Assembly: GCA_035387745.1 (NCBI GenBank)
Contig: DAOOON010000002.1
Coordinates: forward strand, 17,401-49,400
Source: an archaeon
Lineage (GTDB): Archaea; Iainarchaeota; Iainarchaeia; Iainarchaeales; CSSED10-239
Length of the DNA: 32,000 bases
Direction of reading: 5' to 3'
Shown: piece by piece, positions 24,751 to 32,000 of the stretch
Layout of the letters: each line of letters starts with the position of its first letter
Numbering within the stretch: position 1 is the first letter of the stretch
Made by a program: the position numbers and the translations under genes
The notes under the pieces: model-generated
Database searches by the model: none
Told to the model about the DNA's origin: nothing
What the model saw: only the letters and a program-made list of their open reading frames with translations

Positions 24751-25833
24751 ATGGCTAGAAAAAAACAAGTGTTCTCTAAACCTTTCAATCTGGTTTATGA
24801 AAATAAATATCCTGATTTGTTAGTGGGTCCTGGATTCTATGAGGAACAAAATATTGCAGGGGATTCTGATCCAAAAACCTGGATTAAGAAAAAACCAGAA
24901 GAGATTGAAAGAGAAAGAGCTAAACAAATCTTTACTTTTAAAAGTTTTAGAAAAACAGACGCTAATAGGTTTGATAAAAACCTTACAGAGATACAACTTC
25001 TTTCGCAATCAGTTGATACCACTGAAATTGAAGTTGGATTAGAAACTAAAGCAAAAAAGATTAATGAAAACTATAGTGGGATTAATAATTTTTCTTATGG
25101 TCTTGAAGATCTTAAAATTATTGATAATATAAAGATTCCACAAAGTATTGATAAAGTTGTTAGCGATGGCGACCTTAAAGCTAAAGAAGGAATATTAAGA
25201 TTAAATGAGAAGTTAGAAGACGTTTATAAGATTGAACAGATACTGTCTATGGGACTTCTTGGAGTAACTAAAAACAGAGTACTTGTTCCAACCAGGTGGG
25301 CAATAACTTCAACTGATGATATTATTTCTAAAGATTTGATTGAGAATACTCTTCTAGATTACTCAACAATTGACAAATACGAAGTATTTTCTTTTATGTT
25401 CTATCAAAATATCTTTTATGTGCTACTTGTTCCAAGACTTTGGGGCTTTGAGCAGATTGAGATTCAAGGTGAGAATGTTTGTGAGGATTATGAGATTAAT
25501 GGACCAAGAAAGAAGTATGCAAGCAGCGTGACTGGCGGATACTATGCTTCTAGAATCGAAGTTGCAAGATATCTTTCAAAAAGAAAAAGACAAGCTTCTG
25601 TTATTGTTTTTAGAGACATCTCTCCTGAGTATCGTTCAAAAGGAGTTTGGGTGATTAGAGAAACTGTTAAAGAAGCATTAACAAAAGAACCTTATGTTTT
25701 TGAAACTCTTGAACAAGCAACGGGTTTTATTAATCAACATATCAGAAACGGAATAAGTTATTGGCTAAACCATTCAGAACTCTATAAAGAAATAAAAACG
25801 CAAAAGAAAATTACTGATTTTTTTAAATTATAA
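24751..25833 (+). CDS. Nre-family (NreA-like) DNA repair protein lacking the N-terminal Zn ribbon, with C-terminal PIP box
   Basis: 360 aa. Remembered Nre blocks are YPDLLVGPGFY, VPTRWAITSTDD and GGYYASRIEVARYL. The C-terminus QKKITDFF-KL fits Q-x-x-I-x-x-F-F. There are no Cys pairs in the N-terminal 200 aa. Family call from memory of Pfam Nre_N/Nre_C, unverified. Confidence 0.55.
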   Translation: MARKKQVFSKPFNLVYENKYPDLLVGPGFYEEQNIAGDSDPKTWIKKKPEEIERERAKQIFTFKSFRKTDANRFDKNLTEIQLLSQSVDTTEIEVGLETKAKKINENYSGINNFSYGLEDLKIIDNIKIPQSIDKVVSDGDLKAKEGILRLNEKLEDVYKIEQILSMGLLGVTKNRVLVPTRWAITSTDDIISKDLIENTLLDYSTIDKYEVFSFMFYQNIFYVLLVPRLWGFEQIEIQGENVCEDYEINGPRKKYASSVTGGYYASRIEVARYLSKRKRQASVIVFRDISPEYRSKGVWVIRETVKEALTKEPYVFETLEQATGFINQHIRNGISYWLNHSELYKEIKTQKKITDFFKL

Positions 25834-26856
25834 AAATAGAATAAAACCCAATATACAAAATATCACTTCAACAAGAAGTATGCTTGTGGTTACTTGCTTT
25901 TCTGTAAATCTTCTTTTAAAGAGTGTTGGAAGAAACATCATTATGTGTGTCCAAGAATAAATGCGTTTGTATGGCATCTTTAGCGTTCCGTCTTTTTGAA
26001 GATTGCCAAGACTTCTAACCTTTAGCTTTCCTCGTAGTTTTAGAATTATCTCTATGCCCCAAGGTATGAAAATAAATAATGCAAAGCTTTCAATATTGCC
26101 AATAATAGCAATACTTGCAAAGGTTGCTCCGAAAAGATATGTCAAAGAATCTCCTGGAAGCATTTTGGCAGGATACCAATTATTTAGAAGATATGGTGCT
26201 AATGCAAATAAGGCCATAAACGAAATAACTGCTGCTTCAGTTCTTCCGTTAATTATTGAAAAGATGCCAAGAGAAATCATAACAATTGCCATTAACCCGC
26301 CTTCTAAACCATTGGCACCAGCAAGCATATTTGTAGAATTTGTTATAACCACAAATAATATTGGAACAATTAAAAGTGCATACAACACTCCAAAATTTAT
26401 TGTACCGATTAACGGAATTGCCATTGTAGAATCTCCGGCCATTATGGCAATCAACGGAATTGCAGCAAGCACCGTTAAAAGAGGCTTTAGCCATTGTGGA
26501 AGGCCAACTCTTATCTCTAGATCTCCATATATATTCTTTACTGGTTCTTTACTAATATTTATATCATCAAAGAAGCCAATTAATGTCGCAATCAAAATTG
26601 AAAGAGTTGTTGCAATAATTAAAGTTATATTTGTCTGAAAATAAAAAGCAGAAAGCAATACAAAAAACATAATGCCAATAAGAAAACCAAAAAATACAGG
26701 AATGCCCCCTGATTGAGGCAAAGTTGGTTTTTCTTTCTTTTGTTGATCAACAGCAATTATGCCTCTTGTCACAAAGAATTTTTTAAATTGCGTTATTGCA
26801 AAAAAAGAAGCTAAAAATGAAACTAAACAACTTAATATTAGTATTATATAGTTCAT
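25828..26856 (-). CDS. aglH: Polyprenyl/dolichyl-phosphate N-acetylhexosamine-1-phosphate transferase (GT4, MraY/WecA/AglH family)
   Basis: 342 aa, ~10 TM. Motifs IGFFDDI and NSTNMLAGANGLEGG. Lies directly downstream of aglB. Its stop region overlaps the convergent Nre-like gene by 6 nt. Confidence 0.85.
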   Translation of the reverse strand: MNYIILILSCLVSFLASFFAITQFKKFFVTRGIIAVDQQKKEKPTLPQSGGIPVFFGFLIGIMFFVLLSAFYFQTNITLIIATTLSILIATLIGFFDDINISKEPVKNIYGDLEIRVGLPQWLKPLLTVLAAIPLIAIMAGDSTMAIPLIGTINFGVLYALLIVPILFVVITNSTNMLAGANGLEGGLMAIVMISLGIFSIINGRTEAAVISFMALFALAPYLLNNWYPAKMLPGDSLTYLFGATFASIAIIGNIESFALFIFIPWGIEIILKLRGKLKVRSLGNLQKDGTLKMPYKRIYSWTHIMMFLPTLFKRRFTEKQVTTSILLVEVIFCILGFILFL

Positions 26857-26865
26857 TTAATTTGC

Positions 26866-28833
26866 CTAGTTTAATTTGTCTTTATTAACACTATAAACTC
26901 TTACGTCTCCAGATGAATAGGAAAGCTCAATAAATGGCTCAACTGTTGGATCATTAAACCAAACTCTTGCAAATATTGTTTTGTTTATTGCTGCATTTAT
27001 TAAATAAATTCTGGAATTGTCTTTTTCTTTATAAAGATACACTGGCATTCCTTGCATTATTTGGTCAGGCGCGGTGTGATATTCTGTTTTTATTTTTGCC
27101 ATCTCTGCTTCTGGCAATACATTCCCTTGACAGTTATAGCTTACTGCACCAGATATTGGTGTAACTACTTTTGAACAGCCAAGCCCTAGACCATAATATT
27201 TTGTGACTCTTGGATCACTAAAGTTTGTGGTCCAATAACCATATATCGCAAAAGAAGACATTCTAGTTAGATATGATGATTCTACCATAAAATAATCTGC
27301 ATCATATTTCTTTAGCATACCTTTAGAAAAATTAAGATCTTCAGAAATCAAAAACATACCAAAGTCGCTTGTTGCTTCAGCACTCGCATTTGTATTATCT
27401 GTGCTTACTTTTCTTTCTGTAAAATATGCAATCCAGTGTCCTGAATCCCACCAGTTAAATATTTTTGCATCAGCTGAAGAATTATCCTTTACCCAAAACA
27501 TTGCATTCTGCCAATCCTTTGCTTCGTCAATTGGGGGAACCTTACTCATTACAAAAAAACTTCCTGCGGCAATTGCGCCTATTAAAAAGATTGCAGAAAT
27601 TATTGTTAGCGTTCTTTTGTAAGCTAGAGCTCTGTGTTGTAGCTTTTCTGTTGCTAGGAAAAACAAGAACCCAAAGCCCGCGGCAATTGGTAACCCTAGA
27701 GTGTAAGTAAATTTTAATTTTGTCCAAGCCATAAATCCAGTAATTAATATCCAAAAGAAAATAATTAAAACAAAATAATCAATATTATCGTGTTTATAAT
27801 CTTCATTTTCTTTTTCTTTGTTTTTGTATTTGCCAAAGATAAGATATAATGGAATTATTAATAATGCTAAAAATGGAATAACAACTAAAAGACTATATTT
27901 CTCTAAGAAAAACTGCTTACCAGTGTTTTCTTCACCAACCGTTGCTCCAATTACATCTTCTGCTGCTACATTTTCTTTGTTTATTCTATCTATGTTATCA
28001 GTAGATATTGGCAAATAATTTGTAACATACTCAGATGTTCTTTTTATCCAGCCAGTTCCACTATAGGCCGTAGTAATTATTGTAAACAATAAAAAACAAG
28101 TTAAGAATACTTTTGAAAATGCTAGTATTTCTTTTTTGTTTATTTTTTTTATAAGCATATAAACAAGCATTGTCCCGAAATAAGCTAATAGCACCAATGG
28201 AATTAACAAAAACATATCCCAGGTTATTGCCATTAAAAAGAAGAAAAATGCACCTACAATAGAAGATATTAGCCAGTTCTTTAATTTATGTCTATTCTGT
28301 ATTGCCATAACTAAGAATATAAAACCTAATACTAGCCACAAAAATCCTAAAGAATCTTCTTCAAAGAATCCTCCCATTGTTCTGTAGACAAACGCGGGGA
28401 CGGTGGCTGCCATTACTCCCATTGCAACGCCTGTTCTGGTGTTATACATTTTCGTACCTAAGAAAAACATAGCAACAGAAATTAATGCCCCAAAGATTGC
28501 AGGAAGCCATCTAGCATATTCCATCAATAGCCATTTATCATAGGCTGCTCCAAAGGTTGTTATTGTATAAACTGCTGCTGTAAAAAACCATAAGAAGTTT
28601 GGCCAAATCCCGTAGTTCGTTCCACCTTGCTGATAGAACCCCAAAGGATCGTTAGTTGGGAGATCTCCTTGAACGACATAGCCTGTTGCTCTAAGATGCC
28701 AGTATGGATCATATTCGAACATATAGTCATATCTTAAAATGTGCGCCCTTATTGCAAGGCCTAAAACAAAAATCAGGACTGCTATTAAAATTATTAGCCA
28801 GTGTTTAGAAAAAAAATGCTTAATCTTCTTCAT
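26866..28833 (-). CDS. aglB: Oligosaccharyltransferase AglB (STT3 family)
   Basis: 655 aa. Multi-TM N-terminal half with first-loop motif EYDPYWHLR. The catalytic motif NWWDSGHWI is a WWDYG variant at the start of the soluble C-terminal domain. Confidence 0.9.
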   Translation of the reverse strand: MKKIKHFFSKHWLIILIAVLIFVLGLAIRAHILRYDYMFEYDPYWHLRATGYVVQGDLPTNDPLGFYQQGGTNYGIWPNFLWFFTAAVYTITTFGAAYDKWLLMEYARWLPAIFGALISVAMFFLGTKMYNTRTGVAMGVMAATVPAFVYRTMGGFFEEDSLGFLWLVLGFIFLVMAIQNRHKLKNWLISSIVGAFFFFLMAITWDMFLLIPLVLLAYFGTMLVYMLIKKINKKEILAFSKVFLTCFLLFTIITTAYSGTGWIKRTSEYVTNYLPISTDNIDRINKENVAAEDVIGATVGEENTGKQFFLEKYSLLVVIPFLALLIIPLYLIFGKYKNKEKENEDYKHDNIDYFVLIIFFWILITGFMAWTKLKFTYTLGLPIAAGFGFLFFLATEKLQHRALAYKRTLTIISAIFLIGAIAAGSFFVMSKVPPIDEAKDWQNAMFWVKDNSSADAKIFNWWDSGHWIAYFTERKVSTDNTNASAEATSDFGMFLISEDLNFSKGMLKKYDADYFMVESSYLTRMSSFAIYGYWTTNFSDPRVTKYYGLGLGCSKVVTPISGAVSYNCQGNVLPEAEMAKIKTEYHTAPDQIMQGMPVYLYKEKDNSRIYLINAAINKTIFARVWFNDPTVEPFIELSYSSGDVRVYSVNKDKLN

Positions 28834-28970
28834 TGAAAGTCAACTCTTATTAAAATTTGCTTGAATCACTTAAATAATAAGAGCCATTATGTTTTTAAAA
28901 GAAATATATTTTAGAAAATCAAGTTATAAAAAGGAAAATAAAAAATTAAAACAAAATAAGAATAATTTAA

Positions 28971-29087
28971 GTTAGCAACTAACTTGCTGCTCCAAGAAAG
29001 AACTTAGTGCAAGACAATATCGGAGATAAACTTTACTTCTGGGTTCGAAAAGGGTCCAGGTGTTTCTCTATCCCTATGGTCGCTAAC
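28971..29087 (-). rRNA. 5S: 5S ribosomal RNA (stand-alone, not linked to 16S/23S in this window)
   Basis: The reverse strand reads GTTAGCGACCATAGGGATAGAGAAACACCTGGACCCTTTTCGAACCCAGAAGTAAAGTTTATCTCCGATATTGTCTTGCACTAAGTTCTTTCTTGGAGCAGCAAGTTAGTTGCTAAC. It carries the universal 5S blocks CCATAG, GAAACACC, CGAACCC and GAAGT(A/T)AAG. The 5' GTTAGCGAC pairs with the 3' GTTGCTAAC as a 9-bp helix I with one G-U. It is a GC-rich island in a non-coding gap, with a T-rich tract downstream. Ends are +/-3 nt. Confidence 0.85.
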
Positions 29088-29109
29088 AAATAATATATGA
29101 TTGATAAGG

Positions 29110-29119
29110 TTTTTAAATA
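29110..29119 (-). promoter_or_regulatory. TATA box of the 5S rRNA promoter
   Basis: The reverse strand reads TATTTAAAAA with 22 nt between its 3' edge and the predicted 5S 5' end. This places the box centre near -28, the canonical archaeal geometry. It lies only 8 nt downstream of the tbp stop codon. Confidence 0.5.
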
Positions 29120-29126
29120 GTTGGGT

Positions 29127-29702
29127 TTATTTCTTTTTCTTTGAAGTCTTTTCTTCTGTATTTACGTCTTTTTGACCAGCTAAAACCTTTTTTAATTTGT
29201 TTAGACCTTTAACAATATCTTCTTCTGATTTTGCACCAGCACAAATTAATTTCCCGTTCTTGAAAAGTAACATCGTAAGCTTTGGATTAAAAAGTCTAAC
29301 AATTGCGCCAGGAAATTGCTCTGGTTCGTATTCAATATTATCAAGAGTTACTGCCGCATTAAAAAGATCAATCTGCTTGTTAAGATTTGATGTTGCAACA
29401 AGATTAACAATCTTATAACTTACTCTTTCTTTTAAAGTTACGCCTTTTTGTACTTCGCCTATAATCTTTGTTGCTTTCTTAATTGCTGTTTTTATGTCTT
29501 TTTCACAAGACGCACCAGAGATTATTATGTTTCCATTCTTAAATAGAAGTAAAGAAACTCTTGGTTCGTCCATCTTTAATATTGCGCCAGGAAACTGCTC
29601 TGGTTCGTATTCAACTTCTGGTATTGCTGTTGCAAGATTATAAAGATCTAAACCAGCCCCAAGAGAGCTTGAAGCAACTAAATTAACAATTTTATATTCC
29701 AT
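29127..29702 (-). CDS. tbp: TATA-box binding protein
   Basis: The ORF track extends to 29768. The conserved start MEYKIVNLVASS is at the ATG at 29702, preceded by GGAG. Two direct repeats are present: YKIVNLVA(S/T)S.L...EYEPEQFPGAI...LLFKNG.(I/L)I..GA. 191 aa. Confidence 0.95.
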   Translation of the reverse strand: MEYKIVNLVASSSLGAGLDLYNLATAIPEVEYEPEQFPGAILKMDEPRVSLLLFKNGNIIISGASCEKDIKTAIKKATKIIGEVQKGVTLKERVSYKIVNLVATSNLNKQIDLFNAAVTLDNIEYEPEQFPGAIVRLFNPKLTMLLFKNGKLICAGAKSEEDIVKGLNKLKKVLAGQKDVNTEEKTSKKKK

Positions 29703-29944
29703 TTTTTTCTCCTTTAAAATTTTTACAAAAAGCAAATGTTTATATATATAATTTATATACCCAAGCATTTATAAACTAACTTTTTGGTTTTTTTAATTAA
29801 CCGTTTGATAGTGTTTATGTTAGATTTCCTGATTTTTATTATTATTTTTGTTTGGCTTTTATTTTGCAAATAGTGCCTTATAAAAGCTTTTTGTCTCAAT
29901 AATTATATATAAAAATAAAAAAATAAAAAAGGAATGAGAAAAAA

Positions 29945-30259
29945 ATGGCAAACAAAAAAGCAAAAGGAAAGAGATCTTTAACGCGAAGAAGATATAAGAG
30001 AAATGTAAGAGAAAAAACAACAGTTAATCAACTGATTAAACCAATTAAGGTTGAAGACGTTGTTCAAGTTAACGCAAATAGTGCAGTTCATTCAGGTATT
30101 CCACACAGAAGAGTTGATGGCATAACTGGTAAAGTCATTGGCTTTCAAGGAAACTGCCCAATAGTTCAGTTAAAAGACGGAAACAAAACAAAAAAGATAA
30201 TTACACACAGAGTACATCTTAAAATTATCAAGCAAATAGCAAAGGGTGAAAAGAAATGA
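29945..30259 (+). CDS. rpl21e: 50S ribosomal protein eL21
   Basis: 104 aa. Basic N-terminus KGKRSLTRRRYKR, SH3-like core VEDVVQVNANSAVHSGIPHRRVDGITGKV, then ITHRVHLK. Confidence 0.9.
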   Translation: MANKKAKGKRSLTRRRYKRNVREKTTVNQLIKPIKVEDVVQVNANSAVHSGIPHRRVDGITGKVIGFQGNCPIVQLKDGNKTKKIITHRVHLKIIKQIAKGEKK

Positions 30260-30588
30260 TAAATAACCCAAATTATGTTGATGATTTAAGCCTTGCAGAA
30301 GTTAAGAAAATCTTAACTGAAAAAGGAAAAGACAAAGAACTTAATTATGAACAAAAGCTTGCACTTGAACATGCAAAGCAATTTGCAAAGTTGACACCAT
30401 TAAAAGCAGAGAAACTTAAAAAAGAACTTATGGAGATGGAACTACCAAACGAAGTAGCAACAAAGATTGTTGATATCCTTCCTAATGCTATAGAGTTAGA
30501 TTTGATAGCAGAGAAAAACAAGACAATAACTGATGACAACAAAGAAAAGATATTAACACTTGTAAACAAGTATAAAAAGGATGAATAA
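30256..30588 (+). CDS. rpoF: DNA-directed RNA polymerase subunit Rpo4 (RpoF)
   Basis: 110 aa. ALEHAKQFAKLTPLKAEKLKKELM and ATKIVDILPNA align with the Methanocaldococcus RpoF blocks SLEHAERFAKLKPEQA..LKEKLM and AAKLVDILPED (recalled from memory). ATGA overlap with rpl21e. Holds the conserved rpl21e-rpoF-DUF655-ksgA order. Confidence 0.85.
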   Translation: MINNPNYVDDLSLAEVKKILTEKGKDKELNYEQKLALEHAKQFAKLTPLKAEKLKKELMEMELPNEVATKIVDILPNAIELDLIAEKNKTITDDNKEKILTLVNKYKKDE

Positions 30589-30595
30589 ATAAGTT

Positions 30596-31126
30596 ATGAT
30601 AGAAATTAAAAAAGAAGCAATTGTTCTTGACAGAGCAACAAAAGAAATACAATTCAAACAGACGCCAATCATTCAGTGTATTGGTGTGTCTAACTTTTCT
30701 TTATTAGAATTGTATAGCGATGAAACTCCTAAACTACAGGAGACAATAAGCACAGAAGACAAGCCCATAAAAAGAATAACCTATGACAAATTAACAACCA
30801 TTGCTAAAAAAGAACTAGAAAAGGCCATTGAAACCATTGTAAATAATAATCAAGACAGATTTGTTACTTTTTTTAATAATGCTAGACCAATAAATGCTAG
30901 AAGACATCAGCTTGATTTACTTCCAATGATTGGAAAGAAACACAGAATGGCATTAATGGAATACTTAGAAAAGAATGGACCAATTAAAACACTTGAAGAT
31001 CTTAAAAAAATTGAGTTATTCCCCGATCCAATTAAAGTAATTGTTAATAGAGTAATTACAGAAATTGAGAATAACGAAGACGAGAAGTTCTTTTTGTTTA
31101 CTATACCAATTATTAAAAAATTCTAA
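30596..31126 (+). CDS. DUF655-family putative nucleotide-binding protein (HhH motif)
   Basis: 176 aa. The block RRHQLDLLPMIGKKHRMALMEYLEKNGPIKTLEDLKK matches the family's LH.LELLPGIGKK pattern. Holds the conserved position between rpoF and ksgA. Confidence 0.75.
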   Translation: MIEIKKEAIVLDRATKEIQFKQTPIIQCIGVSNFSLLELYSDETPKLQETISTEDKPIKRITYDKLTTIAKKELEKAIETIVNNNQDRFVTFFNNARPINARRHQLDLLPMIGKKHRMALMEYLEKNGPIKTLEDLKKIELFPDPIKVIVNRVITEIENNEDEKFFLFTIPIIKKF

Positions 31127-31137
31127 ATTCTTTAAAC

Positions 31138-31944
31138 ATGATAAAAGACCTATACTCTCAAATGTTAAAATATAACTTTAAGCCTAGCCATAGCTTAGAT
31201 CAAAACTTTATTGTTGATGATAAGGTTATTGAAAAGGTTGTAGAACTTCTTGATATCAAGAAGACAGATGTAATTCTAGAGGTTGGCCCAGGAACTGGCT
31301 TTCTGACCAAACATCTTCTTGAAAAAGCTAAACAAGTAATTGCTATAGAAAAAGACAAAAAAATGTTTGAGATCTTAAAGCAAGAATTTAAAGAAAAACT
31401 TGAAAGCAAAAAACTGCTTTTGGTTAATGAAGATATTCTAAAATTGAATGTTTTTGATTATAAATTTACTAAGATTGCAACTTTTTTACCTTATTCTATC
31501 TCTTTACAATTTACAGAAAAAATATTGAATTGTAATTGCTTGATTGTTGAGATTGTACAAAGAGAATTTGCAGAAAAGCTATCTTCAATTCCTGGATTTA
31601 TTAATTATAATGCAATTTCTGTTTTAACTCAAAGTTATTATGAAGTAGAATTAAAGAAAAACGTTTCAAAGAAATGTTTCTTCCCAGTTCCTGCAGTTGA
31701 CTCTTCTATTGTTGTTTTAAAGCCAAGGAAAAAAGAATTTGATAAAAGATATAATGATTTTGTAAAAGGTCTTTTTAGATATCCAAACAAAGACGTTAGT
31801 AATGCTCTTAATCTCTTCTCAAGAGATGTTAAAGATAGAAGCATTTCTGAAAAAAACAAAAATTTAGAAAACAAAATACGCGATAAAAAAATAAGACAAA
31901 TAGAGATTACAGAACTTGAAAAAATCTATTCTATTATTTACTGA
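31138..31944 (+). CDS. rsmA: 16S rRNA (adenine1518/1519-N6)-dimethyltransferase KsgA/Dim1
   Basis: 268 aa. LDQNFIVD is a GQNFL variant. SAM motif ILEVGPGTGFLT, then VIAIEKD, and a C-terminal helical domain. Confidence 0.9.
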   Translation: MIKDLYSQMLKYNFKPSHSLDQNFIVDDKVIEKVVELLDIKKTDVILEVGPGTGFLTKHLLEKAKQVIAIEKDKKMFEILKQEFKEKLESKKLLLVNEDILKLNVFDYKFTKIATFLPYSISLQFTEKILNCNCLIVEIVQREFAEKLSSIPGFINYNAISVLTQSYYEVELKKNVSKKCFFPVPAVDSSIVVLKPRKKEFDKRYNDFVKGLFRYPNKDVSNALNLFSRDVKDRSISEKNKNLENKIRDKKIRQIEITELEKIYSIIY

Positions 31945-32000
31945 TTAACTTCTTCAAGTATTATCTTTTCTATTTTGATTGTGTCTGTCATTGTGGATTT

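Noticed and set aside
26003-26638. 211-aa + strand ORF (and 26249-26494 on the minus strand in another frame) within the GT4 transferase gene; likewise 26967-28018 ORFs within aglB, 16104-16379 in ftsZ, 17833-18063 in the eIF-2B-family gene, 18612-18869 in M2, 21748-21999 in polB, 23885-24408 in the pilin-fusion gene, 24820-25042 in the Nre-like gene, 29197-29418 in tbp, 30345-30569 in rpoF, and 31200-31874 in ksgA
   Set aside because: All are embedded in genes with unambiguous family motifs. None has an independent SD or promoter, and none has a recognisable motif of its own.
28844-28883. 9-bp inverted repeat CTCTTATTA ... TAATAAGAG (22-nt spacer) in the aglB 5' region
   Set aside because: The arms are short and AT-rich, and the loop is long. 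Such matches are expected by chance in ~25-30% GC intergenic DNA. There is no supporting geometry such as a TATA box or SD.
29127-29180. Lys-rich C-terminal tail of TBP (..NTEEKTSKKKK), where many archaeal TBPs carry an acidic tail
   Set aside because: Most likely compositional drift, with AAA/AAG codons favoured in a very AT-rich genome. The two TBP repeats are intact, and function cannot be argued from sequence alone.
29703-29944. Unusually long (242 nt) divergent intergenic region between tbp and rpl21e, examined for ncRNA, a mini-ORF or a replication origin
   Set aside because: It contains only AT-rich TATA-like boxes and T-runs. There is no GC-rich structured island, no repeated ORB-like boxes, no adjacent orc1/cdc6 gene, and only 12-17-codon hydrophobic mini-ORFs without an SD.
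31938-32000. Minus-strand reading frame ending ...MTDTIKIEKIILEEVNQ-stop and overlapping the ksgA 3' end by 7 nt (possible convergent gene entering from the right edge)
   Set aside because: Only ~20 codons are visible, with no motif. I cannot distinguish a real gene's C-terminus from chance.
1-32000. Scan for CRISPR arrays, transposases/IS elements, tRNA genes, and 16S/23S rRNA
   Set aside because: No regularly spaced direct repeats were found. No DDE/HUH-type or integrase-like ORF was found. Apart from the 5S gene and short conserved coding patches, there is no GC-rich structured island of tRNA or rRNA size.

Overview
Very AT-rich, extremely gene-dense archaeal chromosome segment. It carries archaeal TBP, Spt5, Rpo4/F, eL21, uL11, SecE, Sec61beta, FtsZ, a family-B DNA polymerase, AglB and a 5S rRNA. 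Tiny spacers, ATGA-type start/stop overlaps, GGAGG/GGTGA/GGGGG Shine-Dalgarno motifs and many Asn/Lys-rich surface proteins anchored by one helix suggest a small-genome, possibly episymbiotic (DPANN-like) archaeon. That taxonomic reading is inference only. I support 37 protein-coding genes and one rRNA. Five are absent from the supplied ORF track: a 5'-partial gene at the left edge, Sec61beta, SecE, a 43-codon ORF behind polB, and a stand-alone 5S rRNA. Five starts are re-assigned (rbr, 8621, dam-like, 23822, tbp). Items worth follow-up: (1) A two-operon surface-appendage locus (2168-10987) ends in an N-terminally extended FlaI-family ATPase. It has two to three pilin-like subunits but no recognisable platform protein or prepilin peptidase. 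This is my best candidate for an undescribed system. (2) A convergent, translationally coupled operon (10990-14685) embeds methionine aminopeptidase between surface and membrane proteins. (3) A three-gene M1-R-M2 restriction-modification cassette has an unusually small PD-ExK nuclease and a palindromic, apparently leaderless promoter for the second methylase. (4) The replicative PolB has intact exonuclease and YGDTDS motifs, but the steric-gate Tyr and the motif-B Asn are substituted. (5) One protein fuses an archaeal pilin N-terminus to a chitobiase/hexosaminidase-C-type carbohydrate-associated domain. (6) An Nre-like repair protein lacks the Zn-ribbon but, like PolB, ends in a canonical PIP box. 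No CRISPR array, transposase, integrase or tRNA gene was seen. All family calls come from motif recognition by eye. No database search was possible.
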